From Nanobdellota archaeon (GTDB taxonomy: Archaea > Nanobdellota > Nanobdellia > Woesearchaeales > GCA-2686295), in the NCBI GenBank assembly GCA_018817005.1, contig JAHIUF010000015.1, forward strand, positions 1 through 63,312: a stretch of 63,312 bases of DNA, read 5' to 3'. Numbering within the stretch: the stretch's first letter is position 1; each line of letters opens with the position of its first letter. Under the pieces are notes generated by a model that saw nothing but the letters and a program-made list of their open reading frames with translations, had not been told where the DNA came from and did not search any database. Positions 46,783-57,220 of the stretch are shown here, piece after piece. The translations under genes and the position numbers were made by a program.

Positions 46783-48039
46783 TTAATTTCTTTTCAATTT
46801 TTGAAATTGTTTTAATTTGTTTTTTTTTAAAATTGTTTTTTCTTCGTCTGTAAGATTTATTTTTCTTAATTTCATTATTGTTTCTAATTTTTGTTTAATA
46901 TTTAAGAAATCTATGTGGGTAGTTTGTTGTCTTCTGAATAGGTTGTTAAATATTTCGTTTTTTATTTTTTGTTGTTTAATTTCTTCTTTTAAGAGATTGC
47001 TTTCTTTAATTAATTGGTTTATTTGTTCTTGTTGTTTTTCTGCTTGAAAAGTGATTATTTTTTGTTTTGGTTTGTGTCTGTCGATTGCTAAAAAGTTAAT
47101 ATACTTGTCTATTTCTTTACTGCTTGGTTTATGTCCTAATCGGCTGTTGATTTCATCTCTGCTCCATCCTTTGTTTAGTAAATCACAAGCCATTGATGAA
47201 CGTAAATCTTTCCATGTTAATACTTGTCCGTTTGGTCTGCATTTCGTTTGTGTAATTTTTATTGTTCTTTTAAGTATTTTAAAGGCGTTTCGATAATCAA
47301 ATTTGAAGATTTGTTCTTCTTCATCATCTATTTTATTTAGAATAGCGTTTAATAGTTTTGCTGTTTCTGAGTAGTTTGTGATTTCACTTCTGGCTGTTCG
47401 GCTTCTTTTGAGTGTTTCTCGTCTTAGGTTTATTCTGTATTCATAATCATTATTTGTTTTATTTGTTTCTTTATTGCAATCTTTTTTTTTGAGTTGCAGT
47501 ATAGCTGTAATATTTTCTCCAATATCGAAGGCTAACCATATTAAGAGTTTATGTTCTGGTTTTGTGGTGGTTTCGATTATATTTCTGACTTCTTCTTCAG
47601 TGATATATCTTACTTCTTCTGTGTTTTTGTGGTGTCCATATTGCATTACTTCTTTGACTATTTTTTGTTTGCCTAACATTTCGAAAGGTTTGCTTTTAAA
47701 GATTTTATTGTAGAAACTATTTTTATCTTTATATGGTGTTCCTTTTTCGGTTTTTATCGTTCCATCTTCTAATCCGTTATAGACTTTTTCAAAGTCTTTT
47801 TTTGTAATGTTTTTTAATGGTTTATTTTGAAACCATTTATTTACTGTGTTTAGTAGTGTTATGTAAGTATAGAGTGTTTTGTAACAGCCTTTATCTAATT
47901 CGTTTAGATCATTATTTCTTTTTAATTTATATTCTTCATATTCAAAGAATTTTTTAAAGAATTCTCTGTTTTCGTTGCAAATATTTTTGTTTTGTAGAAA
48001 ATTTTTGATTCTTTTTTCATAGCTTATTTTTTCTTTCAT
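46783..48039 (-). CDS. int: Tyrosine integrase, atypical catalytic motifs
   Basis: WLAFDIGENITAILQL (box I), TLKRSR, WKDLRSS (box II), RLGH and DKY; adjacent to attR. Confidence 0.85.
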   Translation of the reverse strand: MKEKISYEKRIKNFLQNKNICNENREFFKKFFEYEEYKLKRNNDLNELDKGCYKTLYTYITLLNTVNKWFQNKPLKNITKKDFEKVYNGLEDGTIKTEKGTPYKDKNSFYNKIFKSKPFEMLGKQKIVKEVMQYGHHKNTEEVRYITEEEVRNIIETTTKPEHKLLIWLAFDIGENITAILQLKKKDCNKETNKTNNDYEYRINLRRETLKRSRTARSEITNYSETAKLLNAILNKIDDEEEQIFKFDYRNAFKILKRTIKITQTKCRPNGQVLTWKDLRSSMACDLLNKGWSRDEINSRLGHKPSSKEIDKYINFLAIDRHKPKQKIITFQAEKQQEQINQLIKESNLLKEEIKQQKIKNEIFNNLFRRQQTTHIDFLNIKQKLETIMKLRKINLTDEEKTILKKNKLKQFQKLKRN

Positions 48040-48279
48040 ATAAGCTTGATAAATTCTGATTTATTTAAATGTTTTGGTAACATCTACTATATTGAGTATT
48101 CTCGCCAGAGGCTTGCAAAGCAAGACGAGAAGGCGAGGCCCAAAAACAAAAAAGTTTTTGACTGTCTCGCCAGAAGCTTACCGCTCTTTTGGTTGGTTTT
48201 TAAAGATATATTTAGAAATCATCGAATCAGACTCAGAAATTCTTATTACCGGTTGGATATTTTTAAGTTAATAATATAT

Positions 48280-51027
48280 TTATTCCACTTGTATTTCTAA
48301 TCCTTTCAGTCTTTTTTGTTCTTTGAATTCGCTTTTTATTAGTGCTTTTATTATCTCTGCAACTATTATTACTAAGCTACTAATTAGTGTTATAGTTATC
48401 CATTCAATTGCTGACAACGGAACTGTGTTAAAGATTTTTTGTCCAATTTCACTATATATTACCAGTATTGTTAATACTAGTGATGTGCCTACTGCTATGA
48501 ATATGTATTTGTTTGAAAAGAATTTCTTGTTAAATATGGTTGTGTGTAGTGACCTTGCATTGAATGTGTGCAATAATTCAAACATTATAAGAGTTACAAA
48601 GGCCACTGTCCGAGCTTTTTCTATGCCCCCGTCACCAATGTTTAATTCCCATAAAAATAATGCTAATGTTCCTAAAAATAACAACGGAACTAATACAAAT
48701 ATTTTTAATAAAATATAATGGGACAATATTTTTTCATCTGGATTTCTGGGTTTTTGTTTCATCACTTTTATATGCGTTGATTCAACACTTAATGCTAACG
48801 CTGGAAATGTGCTTGTTACTAAATTAATGAATAATATCATTAAAGCTGTTAAAGGTGTTATTAATCCAATCAGAACTGTTGATATTATGAGAATTACTTC
48901 TGTCATGTTTCCTGTTAATAAATAATATATGAATCGTCTGATATTGCTATAAATTGTTCTTCCTTCTTTTATTGCATTGACTATTGTTGAGAAATGGTCA
49001 TCTGTTAGCACCATGTTTGATGCCTCTCTGGCCACTTCTGTACCTGATTTACCCATACTTACACCTATATCTGCTTTTTTTAATGCAGGAGCATCGTTTA
49101 CGCCATCACCGGTCATTGCAACAATTTCTCCTTTTCTTTGAAGAGAACTAACTATTCTTAACTTATGGTCTGGTGTTGTTCTTGAAAATATTACTACTTT
49201 AGAAATGATTTTATCCAATTCTTCATCACTTATCTTATCAAGTTCCCAGCCTTCGAGAACTAAATCCTCACTTGTTTGTATTAAACCAAGTTTCTTCCCA
49301 ACACTTTTTGCTGTGTGCTTATGATCTCCAGTAATCATTATTACTCTGACATTGGCGCTTTGACATTCTTCAACTGCTTGGTATGCTTCTTCACGTATAG
49401 GGTCATCAATCCCAACTAATCCTTCAAATATAAATTTTGAATTGAGGTCTTCGTGGATATTATCTATTTGCTTAGTTGCAATTCCTAGAACTCTGTAAGT
49501 TTGGTTACCATAATGATGAACTTGAGATAAAATTTTGTTAACTATATCCTGATTTAATCTGATTATTTCATTATTTTTTATTCTTATATAAGTGCATTTT
49601 TCAAGAACTTTTTCAACCGCTCCTTTCAAATAAGCAGTTTTATTATCGTGATCCGCATTTATAGTTATCATGAATTTTTCGAACGGGTCAAAAGGCATTT
49701 CAAATAGTTGTTTATTTTCTTTTCTTATTGAAAGATCATCAAAACCTGCACTTTTAGCTAATGCTAATATAGCTCCTTCAGTTGGTTCGCCAGATAAGAC
49801 CCATTCTTCATCTTTGATTAAAAGTTGCGCATCATTACATAAAATGCATGCTTTAAAAAATTCTTGATATTTAGTAAATTCATGTTTATTGAAAACTTCT
49901 TGTTTATTTGAAAATGTGCTTGTTGGATTATATTTATGTCCTTTTACTTCAACTTCCAGACCATCAGAAAAGAAAATCTTTTCCACAAGCATTTTGTTCT
50001 CTGTAAGTGTTCCTGTTTTATCTGTGCAAATTATTGTTGTTGTTCCCAAGGTTTCAACAGCACTTAAATCTTTTACTATGGCATTTTTTTTGGCCATTCG
50101 TTTAACACCATTAGATAATGCCATTGTTAATGCTAAGGGAAAACTTTCAGGTATTCCTGAAACTGCTACAGCTCCAACTAATATTAATGATTCAAATAGT
50201 CCAAAGTTTTTACTAAGTAAAACAAAAAAAAGAAATATACACGCAACAATAACTGCATAAGCAATTCTTTTACTCATATCATCTATTTGTTTTTGCAAAG
50301 GACTTCTTTGAAAACCTATTTTTTTTAATGATACAGATATTTTTCCAATTTCAGATTCTAAACCTGTTGCAATAACTATTCCATGACCATGACCATTAGT
50401 GATGCTTGTTCCGGCGAATAACATGTTTTGTTGGTCGCTTATTGGAACGTCCTGTTCTTCAATTTTATCTGTTCGTTTATATTTTTGAATTGATTCGCCT
50501 GTGAGAATTGATTCATTAACGGATAATCCTTTGCTTTCAATAACTCTAATGTCTGCAGGAACAATCATTCCTCGTTTTAGAATGATTATATCCCCTATAA
50601 CTAATTCTTCATGATTAATTTGTGTTTTTCTCCCGTTACGAATAACTTCAACATATTTGACAGTCAATTTAGATAATGCTTCTAATGATTTTCCTGCATG
50701 ATATTCTTGTATAAAACCAAATAACCCAGTTAATAATATTATGACTGCAATTACTATGAACTCAATTAAATGATTTGAAAAAAGTGATATTAAAGCACTT
50801 CCTAATAAGATATATATTAAAAGTGAGTTGAAGTTTCTGAATAATAACTTAAGAACTTTATTTTTTTCTTCTTGAGCAATCGTATTTAGGCCATTAATTT
50901 TGAGCCTATCTTTTGCTTCTTGTTCTTTCAAACCATTAATTGAAGATTTTAATTCTAATAATGTTTCATCTACAGATATTTGATGCCAATAATTTTTATT
51001 GTTATCTTTTAAATTATTCTCGTTCAT
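48280..51027 (-). CDS. P-type cation (Ca2+, type IIA-like) ATPase 1
   Basis: TGES, IPES, DKTGT, KGA, TGD and GDGVNDAPALK. Confidence 0.95.
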   Translation of the reverse strand: MNENNLKDNNKNYWHQISVDETLLELKSSINGLKEQEAKDRLKINGLNTIAQEEKNKVLKLLFRNFNSLLIYILLGSALISLFSNHLIEFIVIAVIILLTGLFGFIQEYHAGKSLEALSKLTVKYVEVIRNGRKTQINHEELVIGDIIILKRGMIVPADIRVIESKGLSVNESILTGESIQKYKRTDKIEEQDVPISDQQNMLFAGTSITNGHGHGIVIATGLESEIGKISVSLKKIGFQRSPLQKQIDDMSKRIAYAVIVACIFLFFVLLSKNFGLFESLILVGAVAVSGIPESFPLALTMALSNGVKRMAKKNAIVKDLSAVETLGTTTIICTDKTGTLTENKMLVEKIFFSDGLEVEVKGHKYNPTSTFSNKQEVFNKHEFTKYQEFFKACILCNDAQLLIKDEEWVLSGEPTEGAILALAKSAGFDDLSIRKENKQLFEMPFDPFEKFMITINADHDNKTAYLKGAVEKVLEKCTYIRIKNNEIIRLNQDIVNKILSQVHHYGNQTYRVLGIATKQIDNIHEDLNSKFIFEGLVGIDDPIREEAYQAVEECQSANVRVIMITGDHKHTAKSVGKKLGLIQTSEDLVLEGWELDKISDEELDKIISKVVIFSRTTPDHKLRIVSSLQRKGEIVAMTGDGVNDAPALKKADIGVSMGKSGTEVAREASNMVLTDDHFSTIVNAIKEGRTIYSNIRRFIYYLLTGNMTEVILIISTVLIGLITPLTALMILFINLVTSTFPALALSVESTHIKVMKQKPRNPDEKILSHYILLKIFVLVPLLFLGTLALFLWELNIGDGGIEKARTVAFVTLIMFELLHTFNARSLHTTIFNKKFFSNKYIFIAVGTSLVLTILVIYSEIGQKIFNTVPLSAIEWITITLISSLVIIVAEIIKALIKSEFKEQKRLKGLEIQVE

Positions 51028-51137
51028 TTTTAATCAAGCTTTTTCAGAGCTTTTTAATGATTTTGTTACTTTAGATGCACTTATGTTATATTAATCTATC
51101 AGTATATTATTATTTTACTTCTTTTGTTATGTTATTT

Positions 51138-52856
51138 TTAATACTTCTCATGCCTTGGATGTTCGTGCCCTATCTTTTTCCTATTTTTTAAATGTTCAAT
51201 ATGATTAATTTTCTCTTTCAAGAATTTATTAAATTCTAATTTATGTTCTTCAATCATTGTACCCATGTGGTGCCCACCTAAAAAGTGAGGCATTAAAACA
51301 TAAGTTGCGCCTTCATCATACAATCTAACTGCATCATCAATCTGATGCGAGACAACTGCAATTATAGCTTTTTTATTTTCTTCCTTTACCCTATTAATCA
51401 ATAATAGATTAGTGTCAATTATAGGGATTGTTGATATAACCATTTTTGCTTTTGAAAAATTAAGTTCATTAAGTAATTCCGAATCATCAGCATCCCCATA
51501 TCTGCAATCATATCCCTCTTTTGATAATTTAGTAATAACTTCAGGGTCATAATCAATAATCAGAAATTTCTTTTTTATTTTTTTAAGTGATTCTAATATA
51601 TCAAATCCAATTCTATTATAACCAATAAGAATGATTTCGTGATCATTATCCTTATGATATTTATGTTCATCAACTTTTTTGCCTTTTCTTTCAAATATTG
51701 TTAAATATTTTGATAACATGGAATAAAGTTTATTTGAATATAAAATCATATAGGTTGAACCCGCAAAAGTTATCAAACCAACCGCAGTTACTAAAGAGAG
51801 CAGTTCATTTGTTACATGACCTACTGAGACACCCATAGCAACAACAATTAAAGAAAACTCACTTATTTGTGCGACTGTAAGACCTGCCAAAAAACTATTT
51901 CTTTTTGTGTAACCTAATAATCCCATTAAAATCATTACTATTAATGGATTACCAATTAGCACGAAAAAAGAAAATATCAAAATCAATCCTATATTTTGGT
52001 ATATGTTAGAAAAAACCATTTGAGATCCTAACATAATAAAGAACAGAATTAGGAAAAAATCTCTTAATGGTTTTAGTTTTGAACTTATTTCATAATGATA
52101 AGGTGATAATGATAAGGTCATTCCTGCAAGTAATGCACCTACTTCAATGGAAAAATTTAGATAATAAAAAATAGTTGCAATGGCAAAACACCAACTAATA
52201 GAGAATAATAGTAAGAATTCCTGTGATTTTGCAATAATTTTAGTTAGTGGTGGAATTACATATATTGTTAATACAAACAATACTAAAATCCCCCCAATAC
52301 CTTTCAGAACAGATTCTACAGCTAAAGAAGTTAAATTATTCCCATTATTAAGAGAAGATATAACTAATAAAATTCCAATTGCTATAAAATCTTGAACAAT
52401 TAAAAAACCAATAGATATTCTTCCATAAAGAGATTCTAAGTCTTTTTTGTCAGATAATAACTTCATAATAATAATTGTGCTACTGAATGCAAGAGCAATT
52501 GCAACATATAATGAAGCAATTGTAGATAATCCTAATAATTTTGAGATTAAGAATCCAATTGTGGTGGTAAAAATAACTTGACCTAGACCAGTAATTAGTG
52601 AAATCTTTCCTACGTCTTTTATGACTTTTGGATTCAAATTTAGTCCTACGAAGAATAATAATAATGCTATTCCTATCTGTGAGAATGCTGTTAAAGTATT
52701 TGTAGAATTAATCATATTAAAAACAAAAGGACCTACAATGACTCCGCTCAAAATATATCCAATAACTGCTGGTTGTTTAAGAAGCCGCATAAAACCAGTA
52801 ATTAACACAGTCACGATGAGTATCTTACTTAATTCAATAAATATTTCTGGATTCAT
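51138..52856 (-). CDS. CPA2 (Kef-type) K+/H+ antiporter with RCK domain
   Basis: AFSST, LIVQD, QISEFS and IGYNRIG..YGD. Confidence 0.92.
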   Translation of the reverse strand: MNPEIFIELSKILIVTVLITGFMRLLKQPAVIGYILSGVIVGPFVFNMINSTNTLTAFSQIGIALLLFFVGLNLNPKVIKDVGKISLITGLGQVIFTTTIGFLISKLLGLSTIASLYVAIALAFSSTIIIMKLLSDKKDLESLYGRISIGFLIVQDFIAIGILLVISSLNNGNNLTSLAVESVLKGIGGILVLFVLTIYVIPPLTKIIAKSQEFLLLFSISWCFAIATIFYYLNFSIEVGALLAGMTLSLSPYHYEISSKLKPLRDFFLILFFIMLGSQMVFSNIYQNIGLILIFSFFVLIGNPLIVMILMGLLGYTKRNSFLAGLTVAQISEFSLIVVAMGVSVGHVTNELLSLVTAVGLITFAGSTYMILYSNKLYSMLSKYLTIFERKGKKVDEHKYHKDNDHEIILIGYNRIGFDILESLKKIKKKFLIIDYDPEVITKLSKEGYDCRYGDADDSELLNELNFSKAKMVISTIPIIDTNLLLINRVKEENKKAIIAVVSHQIDDAVRLYDEGATYVLMPHFLGGHHMGTMIEEHKLEFNKFLKEKINHIEHLKNRKKIGHEHPRHEKY

Positions 52857-52874
52857 AATCCACCTAATAATCTC

Positions 52875-53372
52875 CTAATAATCTTTTAGTAAATTTATGA
52901 TGCTGCTTGGAGTTACAACACCTATAACTCGCTCATTATCATCTATGATAGGGATGTGGTGAAAACCTTCTTGACAAATTAATTCTATAAGTTCATTTAT
53001 GGGTGTATCTAATGTTGCAGTTGATTTGTGTTCATTCATTAGTTCTCTTGCTGACTTATAATTAAATTCTCGCCTGTAACCTGTATTAAGAGTTTTTACT
53101 AATGGTTCTTGCTTAACTTGTTCTAGAAATAGTTTATTAATATCTTCATCGCTTATTTCTCCTAAGAATTTTTTATCTCTACTAATCACAATACATTCAT
53201 TAATACTTTCTTTTTTTAATTTTTTTAGTATGATTTTAACATTATCATCAGGATACAAAAACACTGGTTTCATCATAGCATCTTTCGCAAACAACCTTTT
53301 AACTTTAATCTCATCAGAGAATATGGCTATTTGTTTTTCTCTTAATAAAGCAAGGTTATTTTCAAATGTCAT
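52875..53372 (-). CDS. CBS-pair protein
   Basis: AKDAM, LGEIS and IPII..IGVVT. Confidence 0.85.
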   Translation of the reverse strand: MTFENNLALLREKQIAIFSDEIKVKRLFAKDAMMKPVFLYPDDNVKIILKKLKKESINECIVISRDKKFLGEISDEDINKLFLEQVKQEPLVKTLNTGYRREFNYKSARELMNEHKSTATLDTPINELIELICQEGFHHIPIIDDNERVIGVVTPSSIINLLKDY

Positions 53373-53385
53373 TTTTTATTAAATC

Positions 53386-53655
53386 TCATAGTTTTTCCAT
53401 TACTCTATTATATACTTCGAGTAATTCTTTTATCTCTATAACTTTTAGAGAATAAAATCTTTCTTTTCCTTCATCGTGAAACTCAAGGATACCTAAATCA
53501 TGAAGTAATTTCAAGTGTTTTGAAGCTGAAGACTCTGTAATGTGCAATTCATCCGCTATTAAATGTACTGGATGTTTAGGTTTTATTGCCAGAATGTGAA
53601 GTATATCTCTTCTTACTCTGGATCTTATTGCTCTCGCAAGTTTTTCATCTGGCAT
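53386..53655 (-). CDS. ArsR/SmtB-family regulator
   Basis: RRDILHIL, IADEL, SKHLKLL and FYSL. Confidence 0.88.
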   Translation of the reverse strand: MPDEKLARAIRSRVRRDILHILAIKPKHPVHLIADELHITESSASKHLKLLHDLGILEFHDEGKERFYSLKVIEIKELLEVYNRVMEKL

Positions 53656-53686
53656 GATTTTATTTAGAAAATTACAAGTATTTAAA

Positions 53687-53722
53687 TATTTCTATGTTTC
53701 GCAACACGGAAACATAGAAATA
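53687..53722. promoter_or_regulatory. 14-8-14 perfect inverted repeat, probable ArsR operator
   Basis: TATTTCTATGTTTC-GCAACACG-GAAACATAGAAATA directly upstream of the TTTAAATA box of the arsR operon. Confidence 0.8.
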
Positions 53723-53776
53723 AACAAATCAAACACGTAATTATTATTAATTTGTCGTTGATAAAATTCACTGTTC

Positions 53777-54274
53777 TTATTCATCAATCCTGTTTATTAT
53801 ATTGAAATCAAAGTTTGTTATGATATTATCGCTTGAAACTAGGAACGAGTCCATGCTTTCAAGCATCTCAGCCCATTTTGCTCTCATTTCTCTTAAGAAA
53901 AGTTCATAAGACTTGTAGTTTTTATGAAAAGTCATTATTATTTTGGTTTTGTCCTCAAATCCTTCTCCTGGAGCTGAAAAGAGCACTCGTTTATCATATT
54001 TTAAGAATTTGTTGAACTCTTCGAGCTCTTTTACGTTTGTATAATCTTTCCATTTTAGGGTTATAAAAATCACAAATTCTATGTCTAGTTTGGCTAGATT
54101 TGGTATTATTGTGTATCCTTCTATTACTCCTTCTTTTTCAAGTTTTTTTCTCAGTCTGCTAATGGTTGGTTGTGTTGCATTAAGTTTTTTGCTTAGTTCC
54201 CTGTCGCTTTGTTTACTGTTTACCGTAATTTCTTTTAAGAATTCTTTTGTTAACTGATTCATTCTATATGCCAA
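53777..54274 (-). CDS. Lrp/AsnC-family regulator
   Basis: SDRELSKKL, QPTISR and LEKEGVIEGYTIIPN. Confidence 0.88.
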   Translation of the reverse strand: MAYRMNQLTKEFLKEITVNSKQSDRELSKKLNATQPTISRLRKKLEKEGVIEGYTIIPNLAKLDIEFVIFITLKWKDYTNVKELEEFNKFLKYDKRVLFSAPGEGFEDKTKIIMTFHKNYKSYELFLREMRAKWAEMLESMDSFLVSSDNIITNFDFNIINRIDE

Positions 54275-54490
54275 TTATGTTTCATATTTAAATATTTTCT
54301 TAGTTTTATTTATTGTTTAGACATATATGTTTTTCATTTGAAATATTATTTATTCAATTACTTTGTGAATGATACATTTTAGTTTTTTCTTTTTAAATAA
54401 TATTTATATAAATCTATTTCACAATATAAATACTTGCAAGAAGAATGGGTCATACTTTGACCTATTTTAAAGAACAAAAGAGGAGTTTAA

Positions 54491-57220
54491 ATGTCTGAAA
54501 CTGATGAAAAGTGGTATTCTAAATCATTAGATAGAATATATGATAGTTTAAACACCTCAAAAGAAGGATTAACAGACAAAGAAGCTTTATCAAGAGTGGA
54601 TAAATTTGGGTATAACGAGCTTGATACTGGAAAAAAAGATACAATCTTAAATATTTTTTTAAGACAGTTTAAATCTTTTATAATCTGGATTTTATTTACA
54701 GCCGCAATCATCTCTTTATTTATAGGTCACATTATAGAATTCACTGTTATTATTATTATTATATTTCTAATAGTGCTCTTAAGTTTTTTCATGGAATATA
54801 GGGCTTCAAAAGATATGGATGCACTTATTAAATTAACACCAAAAAAATCTTTTGTTATAAGAAATAAAGAAGAAAAAGAGATTTCATCAAAAGAATTAAC
54901 TATTGGTGATATAATTGTTTTAAGAAGAGGAGGAGTTGTAGGTGCAGATGCAGTCTTAATTGAATCTAATAGCTTGAAATTAGATGAATCAACTCTTACA
55001 GGTGAATCTGTGTCTGTTAATAAGTTTCCTGGTCAATTAACTGGAACTGTTGATTTGGCTAATCGAACAAACATGGTTTTCTCAGGAACTAACATTACAG
55101 ATGGATTTGGACTTGCAGTGGTTGTTCATATTGGTATGCAAACAGAAATAGGAAATATTTCTTCTATGATAAAAAGTATTAAGGATGAAACAACACCTTT
55201 GCAAAAAAGAATTGACAAACTCACTAAACAAATATCTATAGCAGTAATTTTTATTGCGGTTGCTGTTTTCTTTATTGGTGTGTGGAAAGGCTCTAATCCT
55301 GCTACTATGTTCATTTTTTCTATGGCTGTGATTGTTTCAGGAATACCTGAAAGTCTACCAACAGTTGTTGCAGTGACTCTAGCAAAAGGAGTTAAACGAA
55401 TGGCGGATAAAAACGCCATAGTTAAGAGACTGCCATCTGTTGAAACCTTGGGAACAACAACAGTAATATGCACAGATAAAACAGGGACGTTAACTCAGAA
55501 CAAAATGTTTGCAGAGAACATATTCACTTCTGATTTAGAATTAAGCATTACTGGAAAAGGATACGAACCAACTGGTTTATTTTTGAAGGAAAATGTTCAA
55601 ATAGATCCTAATAAACATGAAACTTTATCAAAACTTTTAGAGATAGGAATTCTTTGTAACAATAGTGATGTTAAGAAAAAAGGGACTGAATGGGTTATGG
55701 ATGGTGAGCCAACTGAAGGAGCTTTGATTGTTCTTGGCCATAAAGCAGGTTTGATAAAATCAGATTTACATAAGAGCATGCTTAGAATAAAAGAACATCC
55801 TTTTGATTCAGAACGAAAATGCATGAGTACAATACATTCGCATAAAGATGGTAATTTTGTTTATTCCAAAGGTGCGCCTGAGTTACTTATTCAAAAAGCG
55901 AAATACTACTTGAACAATGGTAAAATACTCAAACTAGATAAATCAACAGAGAATAAATTCATAAAGAAGAATAAGGAATATGCTTCAAAAGGCTTAAGAG
56001 TGTTAGGATTAGCATTTAAAAAACACGAAGGTTCTTCTGAGTTAAAAAATGTTGAGTCAGGATTAATATTTGTTGGATTAGTTTCTATAAGGGATCCGCC
56101 TGAACCAAGTGCTAAAAAATCAATTAAATTGTGTAAAGAAGCAGGTATAAAAGTTGTTATGATAACAGGCGATAATGAACTCACCGCCAAGGCCATAGGT
56201 TCAGAACTAGGAATTTATAATGATGGGGATACAATATTAACAGGTAAACAATTACAACGAATGAGTGATTTGGATTTAGAAAAAATTGTTAATAATGTGA
56301 CTGTTTACGCAAGAGTCACTCCAGCACATAAGCTAAGGATTGTTAAAACATTGCAACGAGCAGGTCATATAGTGGCTATGACTGGTGATGGAGTTAACGA
56401 TGCTCCTGCATTGAAGAGTGCTGATATAGGTATTGCAATGGGTGTTTGTGGAACTGAGGTTGCAAAGGAGTCTGCAGAGTTAATATTAAAAGATGACAAC
56501 TTTACAACCATAGTGAATGCTGTTGAAGAAGGAAGAACCATTTATGAAAATATTAGGAAATTCATATCTTATTTGCTTGTTGGAAACCTTTCAGAGATAC
56601 TAATTGTTTTAATTGCAGTAATTGTAGGTTTGAATTTACCATTGACTGCACTTATGATTCTTTTCATAAATTTGGTCACTAGCGAGTTTCCAGCCTTAGG
56701 ATTGAGCTTTGAGAAACCTTCAGAAAGGATTATGAAGCAGAATCCGAGAGATCCAAAAGAAGGCATATTAAGTAATTATATAATATTTAAAATCGCTCAG
56801 ATTGCTCCTTTGATAATATTGGGCACAGTTATACTTTATCAGTGGGAATTAGTTTTTGGCGCAAAAGACATCTTTAAAGCTCAAACAATAGCTTTTGCAA
56901 CAATAATATTTTTCGAACTATTTCACACACTTAATGTTCGTTCATGGGATGAATCAATATTCACAAAAAATTTTTTCTCTAATAAATATTTATTAGGAGG
57001 TGTAATACTATCAAGCTTATTAACAATAATAGTAATTTATTGGGCTCCATTACAAAGAATATTTGGAACTGTGGCTTTGAATGTTCAAGATTGGATATTA
57101 ATATTACTTGTTTCATTAAGCGTTATAGGTTATGTTGAAATTCAAAAAACACTAGTTCAAGTTGAGTTAAAAGAACGGGAAAAAATGGAGATTCATCCCA
57201 CCAGGCACACAGTTGATTGA
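54491..57220 (+). CDS. P-type cation (Ca2+, type IIA-like) ATPase 2
   Basis: TGES, IPES, DKTGT, KGAPE, DPP and GDGVNDAPALK. Confidence 0.95.
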   Translation: MSETDEKWYSKSLDRIYDSLNTSKEGLTDKEALSRVDKFGYNELDTGKKDTILNIFLRQFKSFIIWILFTAAIISLFIGHIIEFTVIIIIIFLIVLLSFFMEYRASKDMDALIKLTPKKSFVIRNKEEKEISSKELTIGDIIVLRRGGVVGADAVLIESNSLKLDESTLTGESVSVNKFPGQLTGTVDLANRTNMVFSGTNITDGFGLAVVVHIGMQTEIGNISSMIKSIKDETTPLQKRIDKLTKQISIAVIFIAVAVFFIGVWKGSNPATMFIFSMAVIVSGIPESLPTVVAVTLAKGVKRMADKNAIVKRLPSVETLGTTTVICTDKTGTLTQNKMFAENIFTSDLELSITGKGYEPTGLFLKENVQIDPNKHETLSKLLEIGILCNNSDVKKKGTEWVMDGEPTEGALIVLGHKAGLIKSDLHKSMLRIKEHPFDSERKCMSTIHSHKDGNFVYSKGAPELLIQKAKYYLNNGKILKLDKSTENKFIKKNKEYASKGLRVLGLAFKKHEGSSELKNVESGLIFVGLVSIRDPPEPSAKKSIKLCKEAGIKVVMITGDNELTAKAIGSELGIYNDGDTILTGKQLQRMSDLDLEKIVNNVTVYARVTPAHKLRIVKTLQRAGHIVAMTGDGVNDAPALKSADIGIAMGVCGTEVAKESAELILKDDNFTTIVNAVEEGRTIYENIRKFISYLLVGNLSEILIVLIAVIVGLNLPLTALMILFINLVTSEFPALGLSFEKPSERIMKQNPRDPKEGILSNYIIFKIAQIAPLIILGTVILYQWELVFGAKDIFKAQTIAFATIIFFELFHTLNVRSWDESIFTKNFFSNKYLLGGVILSSLLTIIVIYWAPLQRIFGTVALNVQDWILILLVSLSVIGYVEIQKTLVQVELKEREKMEIHPTRHTVD

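Larger units (their letters stand above)
41051..48114. mobile_element. Integrated ~7.05-kb rolling-circle element (virus/plasmid-like)
   Basis: 17-bp direct repeat ATTCTCGCCAGAGGCTT at 41051-41067 and 48098-48114; tyrosine integrase, HUH Rep, dso-like hairpin and a strongly T-rich plus strand. Confidence 0.92.

Noticed and set aside
48165-48180. TCTCGCCAGAAGCTTA as the element's attR
   Set aside because: 15/16 match but lacks the symmetric arm and forms one side of a local hairpin with GGCGAGG (48132); at most an older remnant.
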